DNA from: Chiloscyllium plagiosum | Taxonomy: Eukaryota | Assembly (NCBI RefSeq): GCF_004010195.1 | Contig: NC_057719.1 | Location: forward strand, 24,343,465 to 24,407,464 | Direction: 5' to 3' | Length of the DNA: 64,000 nt | Shown here: one piece after another, positions 25,362 through 39,588 of the stretch | Position numbering within the stretch: position 1 is the stretch's first letter | Layout: every line of letters begins with the position of its first letter | Translations under genes and position numbers: made by a program | The notes under the pieces: model-generated | The model's database searches: none | Told to the model about the DNA's origin: nothing | What the model saw: only the letters and a program-made list of their open reading frames with translations

Positions 25362-27087
25362 TACAGGATGAAAGCCCAATTGTCTGCCAGGAAGAGCTGT
25401 TCAAAAACCCTACCCATATAAGAGGTCTTGTCTACATTCTTTGGACCAGATGTTCTGGGTTCAAGTCCCACCTCAGGACTTGACGGCCTTGGAAGGTGTG
25501 TCATAATGTGGCCAAAAAGCTTAGTTAACAATCTGTAATTCCTTCTGATCTGCTTGTGATAGGCTGTAAGAGAAGCTAGTTTCTCCAGAACTGTAAGGTC
25601 AACAGCCTACTTATCTTATGAGACAACACGTGTTCTTGCTAAGAGCACACATCATCCTTGTTCTGAGGGACTACCACAAAAGTATATAAGACACTGACAT
25701 ATCCACTTGTCCTGTTATATAATCAAATTGGCTTGACCTTACTGCTTCCACTCCACAACCAGCAAGATAATCTGCAGGCAGACACTCTTCAACCGTGTCA
25801 CCATTTTCTGACTGCATCATCAAAACCACCTTGCCTAGACTGGTTAGATTACGCCCAGTCTCTTTTCCTGTTGGTTTCCTCACTGAGGACTTGAATGGGT
25901 GAAACAGTGAAATTCTAGCTTGGCTGTTGTGCTGTTGTCCTCCGTGTTGAGGGCAGTCCTAGCTCTGCACAAAATCAAATTAAAAGTATTGCAAAACTAT
26001 GCAGCCAGACTACTGAAAAGCAAAATGTAAAGTTGGTCCTCTTCAGTCAGCTGCTGAAGAACATCGGCAGAAATGGTTTTAAAAAGCTAGCTGAGAGCCT
26101 CTATGCAGACTGGCTGCATATATGTGTTTAACACAGGTTTTATAACAGCTTGGTCATTGACCTTTTCCCTGTAAGATCTCCTCACCTAACATTGCAATCC
26201 CCTAAGGTTTCCTCTAGTGGGTATCCAGCACTATGTCTCGCCTGTGCTGCCCCCTGTCTGAGTGTTTGAGGGTCAGACTCATGACATTTTATGTTCTTCT
26301 TCTTACATCTTTGGAACCCGTTCCTCCAGTTGAAAACATCAATGTGGTCACTTGCTCATGGTTGAACCCTTTTGAAGGCTGCACCTGAAATTTGCCTCCC
26401 TCCTGTGATTCATTGGAATTATTTGCCAGCAATGTCAGTGATGTTTAAAGGAAATGATCTCTGCCTTTTTATGTCCCAGCTTTGGAGTGAATCTTTGAGA
26501 CGACTGACTATGGATTTTCACACCCTGCTTGTGCTGCTCCAAATTATGCAAACAGCCATCAACGGTTGCTTCCTTTCTTTTAATACACTGACTTTCATGG
26601 AATTGTTTTCCGTGCAGATGCAATGTGCTAATTTTATTGTCACGTTGGCATGCAAATAAATTTATGCCACAGTCACTTGTGCATTTAATTTTGGTGTACA
26701 AGGTGGAGTAGGCCTGCGATGCCATGATATACATTATATAACCTCACAGCAGCATTATGGTCCCAAAGACTTCAGCAATTTAATTTTAATTTATTACTTA
26801 TAACTCAGAATCACCTTGTTAAAGAAGTAACCACTCTGAAAGGAGTGAGTGTTTATAGTTCTAGAAAGTGAGTATTTTGAAAAGGCCTTTGCTTAATATT
26901 GTCCTGAACTTCAGAAGAACAAAATAAAAATTGTAAACTAAATTAAACATTTTAAGCATTTATGTTTTTCAAGTGCATATGAGATTAGCTAACTATTTGA
27001 CAAAATATTCTACCAGTTGAGTAAAATTGCTCTTATCTTTCTGATAATAGCTGTATATTACAGTTTGCTGTCCATTACAATCCTTAG

Positions 27088-27259
27088 GTGCAAATATCAA
27101 TACACAAGCCAGTGATAATGCCTCGGCATTGTATGAAGCCAGCAAGAATGAGCATGAAGAAATTGTGGCCTTTCTTCTTTCACAAAATGCTGATGCAAAC
27201 AAAGGAAGTAAGGATGGTTGGCTGCCCCTTCACATTGCTGCTGCAAGGGGCAATATGGC
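27088..27259 (+). CDS. ASB2: ASB2 coding exon 6 (ankyrin repeats; correct frame not in the ORF track)
   Basis: Acceptor tccttag. Translates GANINTQASDNASALYEASKNEHEEIVAFLLSQNADANKGSKDGWLPLHIAAARGNM. Donor gtaagt at 27260. Confidence 0.95.
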
Positions 27260-30200
27260 GTAAGTTGTAAGGCACAAAACAACACGGAGTTTAAAATATT
27301 GTGCAAATTTCAATGGTTAGGGTTCAGTCCTCTGAGCTTTATTTTCAACCTTGTTATTCAAAGAAAATCACAGCTGAGAGCTCCCTTATTGAGTTCCTTA
27401 ATGTGGATCTGATTTGGAGACTGTGCAGATGTCTGAATATATTCACTGATGGTAACTAAAAATTTGAGTCATCCACTTAAGTACATCAAAATGCAGCATT
27501 TGCCCATTACTGATTTGTAAAAGAGAGGCATTTATAGAACTCTGCAAAGTACTATATTACATCATTATGACTACTTAATGCTTCCAGCTAAACTTCCATA
27601 AAAAATTTATACATTGATAATAGGATTCATAAATCAGGGTTAGAAATGTGTATGACAGTTAATTTTCCAGAATAATCTGCAGTGGAGTACAGATTTACTG
27701 ATTCAAATGATGACCACTCTTAATAACGCATTATCATTTCCTAAAGACTGCTAGGTGATAACCAGCATTAAACACTTATACATGCTGCTGTGTACATTAT
27801 ATCTATTGGCTGCTCTTTAAATATATTAATTACAGATAGCTTGTATGCTACCATGAAACCTTCCTGGTGTTAGTCTTCACCTAATTTCTTTCTCTAACTA
27901 TAACAAGCCAAGCTAGAAATGAGAATGAATGAAAAGGAATTAGGAAGTAAGTTACTGGATTTCATGGCTTGTAGAGCCTGGTATTTATATTGGAGGCATT
28001 GATCTCAAGCCATAGACTAAAAGAAATCATAAGGAAGTGCTACCCCTACTCCAATTGCTTAGAATCACTGGCAATGAAAGTACTGTTTCTCCATGCTTTC
28101 TAATTAAATAAAATAATATGTTTGAATTTGTGCCGACGAATAAAATCTGTCCAATGCAGCCTTTTCAACTTAACAAGAAGCACACCTCAAATAAACAAAT
28201 TGCATCATTATCAGATCTTTGAGAGACATGTGAGCAGAGAAACCTATCTTCCAGTCAATGGTTTGGCCCTTAAATTGTATATATTACTTATGTATAATTT
28301 CAATGAAATTTTGAAGGGATTGATTATTCAACTTCTAGGCCAATATATGTAATGATATAAATATAACAATTTGTACATAACAGCGACATGTTTTTTTCAG
28401 TCTGCAAACATCTGGTACAATTTATGTCGATTCACCTTTCCCCACTTCCTGTCACTATGTTTGTTCTAAGAATAGAGCATGAGCCTCAGAAACCATCTTC
28501 CTTAATTGATTTATTAGATTTATTGAAGAAAATTTAAAAAGAAAAATAATGGAAAATGCTGGATTTTGGAAATAAATGCTGATAAGCTTGCTGCACATTC
28601 ACAAGACTTTTGGTCCTGGTCTCATAAGAAGAGTTCCATTGCTGAAAAAATGGTGGGCTGTCCATTAATCAGAAATTAAAGCTCAGAGGTTCTGGAACAG
28701 GAATTAAACACATGTCAAATCCAACCATATTAACAGAGGAGAAACAAGGAGAAGGCAGCTAATTAGCTTGCAAGAAGTACCTTGATCATTTCAATATTAT
28801 AGTAAGGCTGTTGCCATCATTTCAAGCCAATCCATTTTTTTTACAAATGGTGGCCGAGCCTCCCAGGCAATGAGAAACAGGGCAGCTGAAAGGAGGTGAG
28901 AGAAGGACAGTGGAACCCATGAGCTAAGCATCTTTACAGCACTGTTTGTGGGCTAAGAGAAACATAAGTATTTTCCTTAGGCCCAATGTGATACACAGTA
29001 AACTCACCCTCAAGTTCTATCTGTTTTGTCCATTCATGGGCAGTTTTGGTTCCCTTAACCACCATTCTGACCATCTTGATTACTATGGGACTAGTCTGAA
29101 CATAATCAGATCTTCCCCACCACATTATATATCCTGTTTCCCCAAACTCTCTTCAATCAGAGCGCCAATGACTACAATTAGATGGAATTTCATTACACCC
29201 ACATGATTTCTTCAGCTGCAACCGTACATTTGCAGGCTTTGTTACTCAGCATTCAAGAGGCCATTGGATGATGCTTTGGATAGAGATAGTGTGAAAAGGT
29301 ATGGGGGAAAAGTAGGGGATTGACACTAGGTGATGATGCTTGTTTGAAGGGTTGATGCAGTCACAGTGGGTCGAATGGCCTCCTTCTGCACTGTAACAAT
29401 TGTGTGATTCTGAGTAGATCTCCAGCCTGTCAATCAGACAATTGGCGGTCAAGAACCTGATAAGAAGAAAAATGCAGCAGAACCCACACGGAATTTAACT
29501 CCAGATCATAAGATGTCAGAGGAGAGGTAGGCCATTCAGCCCATTGAGTCTGCTTTGCTCTTCAATGAGATCATGGCTGATTTGATGTCCTCAACTCCAT
29601 CTTCCTGCCTTTTTCAATAACTCTTGATTCCCTTACTCTTTAAAAATCTGCCAAACTCAGCCTTGAGTATACTTAATGACCCAACCTTAACAATGCTCTG
29701 GGATGAAGAATTCCACAGATTCACAGTTCTCTAAGAGAAGAAATTCTTCTTTATCTGCATCTTAAATATGTGCTCCCTTATACTGAGATTATGCCCTCCG
29801 GTCCCAGACCCTTCTGCAAGGGCGACAACTTCCCTGTCAAGCCCCCTACGATTCTTGTACATTTCAATAAAGTCGCCTCTCATTCTTCTAAGTTCCAACG
29901 AGTATCATGAACTTTGCTTGGCCATTCCTTTCTGACAGCAAAATTGAGGCTAATTTTAGTTGTTTCGGCTCAAAACATTAGAATTTAATTAGACCAAGAC
30001 AAATCCATGAAAGATGATGAAATATAAATTAAAACTATACAGCTACAGAACTTCATGGCGATTTGCAAATAAGATTGTTTTCTAATGTAGAGATATTTTT
30101 AAGAAGAATAAATAATATGCAAAATAAATGTCATTTTTTTCCTGTAGTCTAAATAACAAACAAAAATCTAGTTTGTCCAAGCAATGGAAGAGCACTTCAA

Positions 30201-31052
30201 AACTATTATATTCTAAAGTCCTTTGATCCATATTTGTCTGTTCAAGAGAGATGTAAAGAGAATGATGAGCACTGACAGGTGTCTTCTGAAATCAGACGTC
30301 TGTGAGGTCCACTAGACAATAAAATGAGAGCTTTAGGCCAGTTCAGAAAGATGAAGCTGAATCACTGGGAGCCATCTTATTTCGGGCAAGTAAAATAATC
30401 TACTGATGCAGGGAATCATAGTATGTGACTTTATTTTGTTTTACATAAAAATATATTGTGCTCATGAAATTCTGATTCTTACCATAACTTATACTTTATA
30501 CTAATTTACTGTAAAATAAAACAGCTTAATGATTCGTTTCATTGATTTGATTTGTTATTGTTACATATACTGAGATACAGTGAAAAGTCTTGTTTTGAGT
30601 GCTAACCAGACCAATCAGATCTTACAAAAGTACTTCAGAGTAACAGAACAGAATGCAAAATATAGTGTCACAGCGACAGAGAAGGCGTGGAGAAAGATCA
30701 ACTCTAATTTATGAAAGGTCTGATCATAAGTGTGATAATAGCGGATGTTTGTTCAATTCACTATAGAGCAAAGTACACAAAATCCAATTCATGTTTAACA
30801 AACTCGCTTTTCTCTATTGAGTGAGCAGCTTTCATACAGTATGAGTCAACCTGCACAACAGTAATGTTTACATCACTTCTCAGAGTGATTGATGCTCCTA
30901 AACCTGTGAGTGCAAAGGCAAATTCATCACCCCAAGTTATGTATCGACACTCATGCCTATTGTAACTAATTCTTTTCAAAGTAACTGATTTGTCCATTGC
31001 AGACTATTGTTGATGCTGAACTGTAATGCAAATGCGGTTTGTTTTTGTTCAG

Positions 31053-31608
31053 GATAGTTCAGATGTTGATTCCTGTTACCAGCAAAGTCCGGGTGAGGCG
31101 CAGTGGAATTAGTCCCCTTCATCTTGCTGCTCAACACAATCGAAATGATATTGTTGAAGAACTGATTGAAGCTGGCTACCCTATCAATGCTCTCTTGTCA
31201 CCAGAAAGATCCCGGCTGTTTGAAGATAAACGTACTTCAGTTTTATACTTTGCTGTTTACAATAATAATGTAGAAACCACAGAAATGTTGCTCAAGGCTG
31301 GAGCAAATCCTAATGTCGATCTGATAAACCCCCTTCTAATCTCTATCCGACATGGCTCCATCAAAAACATAAAGCTGCTCATAAAATATGGAGCCAACAT
31401 CAATGCTTATATTCAATCTCATCCGACTTCCTTCCCAGCAACAATCATGTTTGCTATGAAGTACCTCAGTTTGTTGAAGTTAATTATGGATTTTGGTGGT
31501 GATGGAGAGTCATGTTTTAAATGTGTGTATGGAAGTCATCAACATCCAGAGCAAGAGCAGAGAAGAGATGATATACAAATGGAACGTAAAATGCCCAGAC
31601 CTGTACAA
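31053..31608 (+). CDS. ASB2: ASB2 coding exon 7 (ankyrin repeats and C-terminal linker)
   Basis: Acceptor tttttgttcag. Translates IVQMLIPVTSKVRVRRSGISPLHLAA...HPTSFPATIMFAMK...PVQ. Donor CAA|gtaagc, phase 0. Confidence 0.95.
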
Positions 31609-32002
31609 GTAAGCTCTGAAAATAACTTTCCATTATCATTTAAATTATGATGGGTTATCATCTAACTTTTCAGGCAAGTATTATATTTACAATGTAATTA
31701 GCGAGTCTTCAAGGCAAATGCACATATGAATGTTATCCTGTAGCATGGAATGACGAGCAATAATTAGTAGTTTGAGAAAAACCATTTATTGCCAATCTGC
31801 ATGAAATGCTATTAGAGGGTTGCTTCTGAAGTATTTACATCAATAGCGGATGTGAAACTGGAATGTTGCAACATTATTCCCATGGGGAAAATGGTGACAT
31901 AGGAAGGTCAAAAGAGAAGGACGTGAGGTAGTTTTAAAATGTTCTTCATGGAATTTTTCCTTTTGAAGGTGATCAGTCCTTGACCAAGGTTTCAATAGTA
32001 GT

Positions 32003-32200
32003 CATGATTTGGAGATGTCGGTGTTGGACTGGGGTATACAAAGTTACAAATCACACAACACCAGGTTATAGTCCAACAGGTTTAATCGGAAGCACTAGTT
32101 TTTGGAGCGCCTCTCCTTCGTCAGGTGAGTGGCACTCCGAAAGCTCATGCTTCCAATTCAACCTATTGGACTATAACCTGGTGTTGTGTGATTTGTAACT
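32003..32200. mobile_element. Palindromic Penelope-type short element (family B)
   Basis: Long inverted arms with flanking direct repeat ttgaccaaggtt at 31980-31991 and 32201-32212. Confidence 0.75.
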
Positions 32201-34399
32201 TTGACCAAGGTTAAATTGCCTATGACCTGGTCAGACCCGTAATCTTGTTAAAGCCCTCAGTGGAACTAATGGCAGCTCTCAGCTAACAGCGTGAAGTTGG
32301 TAGAATTCCAAGGTGGGTTGGGAACTCCTCTAGAAATGATGTACAGGAGCTATATGAAAATATTTTTGATTCATCCATCTACACCTGGAATTTGAGCACA
32401 ACTTTCTGGAATGGAAAGGTGGGAGAAGACCCAGATTTTGAACCAAATTCCACCTTCCCTTTTTTAGAAGTGGGCTTTCTGCCTTGTCTATATTCTCCCT
32501 GTCTGAAAATTTATAGCACCTATAACTCCCAGAAAGAAATAAAACTATCATATGTAGATTTTACATCTAAATAGCTGGTAACAAAAACAGAAAATCTTTG
32601 GAATACTCAGCAGACCTGAAAGCAGCTGCACAGACAGAAATAGAGCTAACTTTTCATTTGATAAACTTTTGTCAGTGTTCAGTTGAAAGGTCATCAACCT
32701 GAAATGTTAACTCTGTTCTCTCTTCATTGATGATGTGCAGCATATTCTCATATTTCCAGTTATGCACTATTCTTAATTCCATATGTTTGTCTTTTGACAT
32801 CCTTTAAGATTACAGACTAAGCAGAGAGAATTCCCAGACTGTTAATTTTGGAAACATTAGACTGAATTCTTTAACTCAAAGCTTAGATTTGCTTTGTTTT
32901 TATGATCTGATATCCAATTGACTGAATTTTTTAGATAAAATCTTGCTTTTTACACTTTTACTGGGACATCTTATAGTCTGAATAACCAGTTTGCAAAACT
33001 TAAAATAAGACAGTGAATCATGTACAGTCTGAACCAATCCTGAGCTCTGTATATACTTGAGAACTGTGTATCAGGGCTATTTGAAGACTGTCACCAGGGA
33101 GACCTTAACACTATACCTTGAGAAAGTATATAGAATAAACCAAGTGTTCTGACAAGTTAAAATATCTAAGCAGAGTATTGAATTTTAAACTAATACCGCC
33201 CATATAATATCTTTTTGATCAGTGCAACACTTTGGATTTGAACTGTTGACGTTGCAGGCATCTGAGTGATCCATCTACTTTCACAACCAGCCAGATTTCA
33301 AATGAACATAGTTATGTTTATGCCTTAGGAACAAGCAATGTCCACACACATTCACAAACATCAATTAAAGTTAAGTGCTCATCAGAAAAAGAAAACATGT
33401 TGGAATTAAATCAACAGAAACTTGAATATTGGCTGAGTGATATGCAGTCAATTCTTAAATTATTACTTCCTCCTCTGAAACCTCATAGATAAAATGATAA
33501 GTTGTCTACCAAAAAAAGAAGTTATTTTCGAAGTGGGACTCCAAATAAATCTTGAGCACAGTTTCTTTGCTGAGCAGCCACTGCTAGATCTGTTCATCTA
33601 GTTTCCAGCCAAAAGATTACCAATTAAGTGACCATAGATCTCAGCTCCCTCTGTTGGATCTATGTCTGTAACTGCAGAATATCATTTTAAACACAATAAG
33701 TGATTGGTTGTTCCTACAGGAAAAATCTAGGGCCATCATTCTGTGAACTATACAAATACAGTGATTGAAAACATTTTAAAATAGCAATACATGCACCCCT
33801 AAACTATAAACCTCGAGCCTTTCATTCTCTTTGCTGCTTCAAAGCAACAAGCACTTGTGCATTCTAAACCTGACTTCAAAACTCTCAATTCTTACTTTCA
33901 GATTACTGTTTAGCGTTTCCTGATATGATTCACTCAGTTGTTCACAACTCTCTACACCCTTTGTTCTTCTAACACTGACCTACTCACATTTCCCTTCCTT
34001 TGCGGTATTGCTGCGACCATTCATTCAGCCACTCTGCATCTGATGTGGAAAATTCCCAGCGTAGATTCCTTCCACTTTTTCATTTTCTTCCCTCTTTGCC
34101 AAAACCTCCATAAAATCTTTCTCTTTTTCTGTGCCTTCTTCACTTTTCCTTTTTTTAGCTTGTTTGGTGCACTTTGTTGAGTTTCTGCAATGTAAGAAAA
34201 TGTAAATTGATCATTTTTATAATCTTCCTTTGTTCCTAGTGTCCAAACCTACTTATTAAGCATTGCGATGTCACGCTGGTTCTGTTTGTATATTCTGTAC
34301 TATACTCAACCCCAAGTCATTGCTGCATGAATACCTTGATCCATTACCAAAGACCCACCCATCCTCAATAGTTTCTTGAATTACCTTGGCTCCCACCAC

Positions 34400-35120
34400 T
34401 ATCTCCTTCTACCCTTCCTAACATAATGACCGGGGATGCTTACAGAGTTTTCAACATAATTAACAAATTGCCGGGTAACAAGCAATATGTACCACCTGAT
34501 TGATAAGTGGCAGGTAACATTCACACCATGAAAATGCCAGCATGAATCATCTCCAACAAGAGAGAAGCTAACTTCCACTCCTTGACACTCAATGACATTG
34601 CCATAATTAAGACTCACCACGCCCCATCCTCATCCTTCCCCAATCAAACTTCCTGGGTTACTATGGAACAAAAAATGAACTGGACCAGCCATACAAACAT
34701 TGCTTGAAATGCATGTGAGAGGTAGGAATTCTGGCCAGAAACTCACTTCTAGACACTCCCCAAAGTCCAGCATGTATAAGACAAAATTGAAGTGGAATAC
34801 TCTTCATTTGTTTGGTTGTATAATACTTCATCAACAGTCAAGAAACTTAAAATCCTCTGAGACAAAGCTTCTTGCTTGATTGGGATCACATCCACCACCT
34901 TCAACATTCACTTCCTCTACCAATGGGACAGCAGTGTGTACTACAGGATAGTACATTGCAACAACTCACCAAGGCCCTTTGGGAAGCACCTTCCAAACCC
35001 AGAACCTCTACCACCTAGAAGGACAAGGGCAAGAGATGGATTGGAACATCAACATCTGAAAGTTTCCTTCCAAACCATGCTCTGTTCTGATGGAATTATA
35101 TCATTCCTTCAATACTGTTG
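34400..35120 (+). mobile_element. Decayed CR1/L2-like LINE fragment
   Basis: Homologous to 38270-39290 (aagtggcaggtaacattcacacca, agaaggacaagggca). Confidence 0.7.
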
Positions 35121-36629
35121 AGATAATATTCTTTCTTAATGTTTTTGACATGGTAAATGGAATTTCCATGGAAACTATCAGAATGTGAGCTTGATTGGTA
35201 AGATGCACGCTGTAGTGACCAGTGAAACATATCCTTCCAACAGTAAATTTTGTTGGTAAATTGATAATGTTTTGTAGAAAGGTGCCATTTTGTCTAGAAT
35301 TATATGTTGATTAAAGGGTTCCAAATAACTATAAGATCTTACAGAACTCTGAACTTGTCAGATTAGTAATGTATAGCACGACAGAATATTGGACCGTAAC
35401 AAATTTTGTGACAGGATATTGAACCATGATATAAGAGACTTCAGAACATCTGACAAATGTATATGGTCTCATGAACTATTGAAGGGTCGTGAAGAAGGGT
35501 TACATCTGAAACATCAACTTCTGCACCTCCTGATGCTGTCTAGCTTGCTGTGTTCTTCCAGCCTCCTGCCTGTCTACTTTGGATTCAAGCATCTGCATAG
35601 TCATTCAAGCATTTGCTGTTTCAGGAAATATTGGATATTTCCAATAGGCCTCAAAGGTTATTGGACAGTAACATTGGTCCTCACAGTAAATTTAACCTTA
35701 GAATTGAACAACAAAGTCTAGAATACTGAAGTACAATCTCACAAAATATTGGATAGTTACGTGATTTGTTAAAGTGTTGTTAGGTGTGGACCTCATTTGA
35801 AATTCATTGTTTTGGAGGTCATCTCAGGATCATGTTTCAAAGACAGTTTCACATTTTTAAAGTGCTATCTGGGAAGTGGGCAGGACAGGGAACTCACTCA
35901 CTGCCAAACAACAACCCATTAACTTCATTTAGGAGCATTTAGGGTGGTCAGGAATATGATTTTTCAAAGCTTATTTCAGCAATCAGCCTGGTGTACATCA
36001 GTACACAGCTGTCTGGTTTGCCACAGGGCCAGAGAAAAATTCACCTTGTGACTGGGAAGGTCAGGCGGCTAAGGCCAGGGAGGCAGTTCCTGCCTTCTAG
36101 AAGCTCTTGGTGCCAATATTTGGGTGTTCAGCTTGCCTCTATTCAGGTGATAAATTTTCAAGTAGGACACTTTTATTTAAAAATAGCTGCAAAACACTAG
36201 GGGAACCTTATATCCGTTCTGGTATTAAACAAAAAAATGCAAAGAACTGCAGATGCTGCAAGTTAGAAGCAAAAACAAAAATTGCTGTCGAAACACAGCA
36301 GGTCTGGTAGCGTCTGTGGAGAGAAAGCAGAGTTAATGTTTCAGGTCCAGTGTCCATTCTTCAGACCTGCTGAGTTTTTCTATTTTTGCTCCATTGTGGT
36401 ATTGTTTCTGCAACTCTATTTTGAAGATTTTACCCATAGTTTCAAGGAATATTGAATAGTCATTATAAAACTGCATGGAGAATTGATAATAGTATGGGTC
36501 CACACTCGATATTGGATAGTGATAGCTGACCAAGTAAGAATGTTATATAGGCATGTACAAGACCTCACAAAGTATTGGATAATGACCTGGGCCTTGATAA
36601 GATAGTAGAATGAGTAAATGCTTCAGTAG

Positions 36630-37065
36630 TCATTCAATGGGTAACACTTTTGGTCCTGCACCCATTGATTTTAGGCTTGAAATCCACTTGAGCACAAATG
36701 AAAAAACTAAAATTCCAGTGCATAATTTTAGGTGTTCTGCATTGTAGGGAGTGCCTTCTTTTTAAATGTGATGTTATACTGGTGCCCCATCAGTCGGTTT
36801 TGATGGATTCAGGAATCCTACAGCAGTATTTTGCAGATGGAGCAGGAGAGTTATCTGGTTTCCTGGCCAATATTCAACTCCCCACCCACCCCCAAACACC
36901 ATCATAAAAACAGATTACCTAGTTGCTATCATATTGCAACTTGTGAGAGTTTGCCACGTGCATGATTCCCTGCTGCATTCCCCACAATGCAACAGTGACG
37001 ACTCAACAATAAGTATTCAATTGGCTGCAAAACACTGAGAGGTCCATCTTCAAATACAAGTTTTT
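36630..37065 (+). mobile_element. Old Deu-domain SINE
   Basis: Contains cctggccaatatt...aaaaacagatta...tgtgagagtttgc blocks, like the copy at 1-410. Confidence 0.55.
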
Positions 37066-37643
37066 CTTCTGTCACATGAGAAAATAAGGCCACACAGCTC
37101 ATCAGGCGATGACTTTGAATTTTGCAGGAACTAATTCATTTGATTTGTGCATACAGTAAGCACAAACATTTAATCCATGTAGAAAGAAAATTGTCCAAAT
37201 CCATATTAGAATGGACAGATTCAAAATTGGCACATGCAATAATTAGGTAACCCAGGTTTGACTTAGTAGGGGAAGTAGCATCACAACATTAAACATGGGG
37301 CTCTTCTGATGAAGTGGTCATGTCCCTAGGTTGAAGTCCAATTTACTCCAGTGGTGTGTCATAACCTCTCCAAGCAGGTTGATTGGAAATTATTTTTCAC
37401 ACAAGTAAACACAGGGCTTTTGTGGTGAAATGGTAGTGTCCCTGCCTCTGAGCCAGAAGACCCAGGTTCAAATCCCACCTGTTCTAGTGATGTATCATTA
37501 CATCCCTGAACAGGTTGATTAAAAACACGTCACAAAATTAAGCAATATGATGGAATATTAACATATCTTGGACTAATTATTACTGTATAATTGCACAGGA
37601 ACAATACTGATTACTTAATTTCTCTAATGGTCCAATTCTCCAG

Positions 37644-37797
37644 TTTTGTGAAATGGTATCTACACCTGGAATCTACAGATGGGCTGGACCAATCATTGAT
37701 GTCTTACTTGACTATGTTGGAAATGTGAATCTCTGCAGTAAACTGAAGGAACATCTTGACAGTTATGATGAATGGGCGACTATCAAGACAAAATCAG
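37644..37797 (+). CDS. ASB2: ASB2 coding exon 8
   Basis: Acceptor ttctccag. Translates FCEMVSTPGIYRWAGPIIDVLLDYVGNVNLCSKLKEHLDSYDEWATIKTKS. Non-canonical donor CAG|gcaagt, phase 1. Confidence 0.92.
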
Positions 37798-38269
37798 GCA
37801 AGTTCACACAAATAATGTCAAAACCTCTCGGAATTGTTTAGTTATACTCTTATAGCTTTCAGTGGAAACTATGTAAAATTGTGTTATAATTGTATTTATT
37901 TATTTGTTTTGAGTAAGTAATCAAATATTTTAGTGAATATGTAAGTGATGGCCACCCACAATAGAATAAACCTTGCCCACTGTTGACCTTGTAGTTGACT
38001 CCCAATTGGCAGAAATCCTTTTCCAGTTGAAGGGATTGAAAAACAAAGTAATAAATTAGCCAAAGATATTATCTGTTTCAATAGGTAGACAACATCACAA
38101 ACTACATTCCTGCCCACTGTCAATTAATTCTGCAAAGTGCAATGGACAGTGTATTGGTGAAAATAGAAGGTGGTGCTGGGGAGGGTGGTGGTCAAGGAGA
38201 AATCACTTCCTGACCTCATTACAGCCATCAAACATAGACAAAAGAGCTTAATTCCAGAGGTGACAGAAG

Positions 38270-39290
38270 AGAGACAACTTTTGACATCGAAACCATGTTG
38301 ACAGACAGTGGTGTTAAGGAGCCCCATCAAAACTGTTGTCAACCCAACCATCTTCAGCTGCCTCATCAATGACCTTCCCTCCATTATAAGGTCAGAGGTG
38401 GGGATATTCGCCAATGATTGCACAATGTTCAGTACCATTTGTGACTCCTCAGATACTGAAACAGAACATATCAAAATGCAACAAGATCTGGACAATATCT
38501 AGGCCTGGGCTGACAGGTGCCAAGTAATATTTGCACCACGCAAATGTCAGGCTATGATCATCCCTAATAGGAGACAATCTAACTACTACCCTTGGCATTT
38601 AATGGTATTACCATCACTGAATTCCCCCACTGTCAACATCCTGGGGTTATCATTGATCAGAAACTCAACTGGACTCATCATATAAACACAGTGGTTAGGT
38701 CAGAGGCTAGGAATACTGTGGTGAGTAATTCACCTCCAGACTCCTCAAAGCCTGTCGAATATCTACAAGGCACATGTCAGGAGTATAATGGAATAGTCCC
38801 CACGTTCTGGATGAATGCAGCACCACTAACATTCAAGAAGCTTGACACTATCCAGGACAAAGCAGCCTACTGAATTGGCACTACATCCACAGACATCCAC
38901 TCCTTCCACCATAGATACTCAATAGCAGCAGTATATACTCTCTATAAGATGCACTGCAGAGATTCACCGAAGTTCCTCAGACTGCACATTCCAAACCCAT
39001 GACTGCGTCTATCCAGAAGGACAAGGGCAGCAGATATAGGGGAACACCACCATCTTCAAGTTCCCCTGCAAGCCACTGACCATCCGGACTTGGAAATACA
39101 TCACCATTTCTGCACTGTCGCTGGGTCAAAATCCTGGAATTCCCTCCCTAATGGCATTGTGGGTCAACCCACAGCAGGTGGACTGCAGCGGTTCAAGAAG
39201 GCAGCTCACCACCACCTTCTCAAGGATAACCATGGATGGGCAATAAATGCTGGCCAGCCAGCGATGCCCACATCCCACAAATGAATAAAT
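38270..39290 (+). mobile_element. CR1/L2-like LINE 3' fragment
   Basis: RT motif PTIFSCLINDLPSIIRSEVGIFANDCTMF and the tail gggcaataaatgctggcc...cccacatccca. Confidence 0.85.
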
Positions 39291-39588
39291 TTTTAAAGAA
39301 TGGGATTCAGTAATAAAACTTTCCACTGATTGGTGTCATATCTGTCACATTGGAAGATGATTGTGGTTGTTGGAGGTCAGTCATCTCAGCTCCAGGACAT
39401 GTCCGCAGGAGTTTCTCAGGGTAGTGTCCTAGGCCCAAACATCCTCAGCTACTTCATTAACAATCTTCTTTACATCATAATGTCAGAAGTGGGGATGTTT
39501 GCCAATTACCACGTAATGTTCAGCCACCAATTGCAACTCCTCAGATACTGAAGCAGTTCATATCCAAATGCAACAAGAACTGGACAAC

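Noticed and set aside
24924..25379. Mirror-image ORFs (MCCWKSAAGQ...) on both strands
   Set aside because: Artefact of the palindromic insertion.
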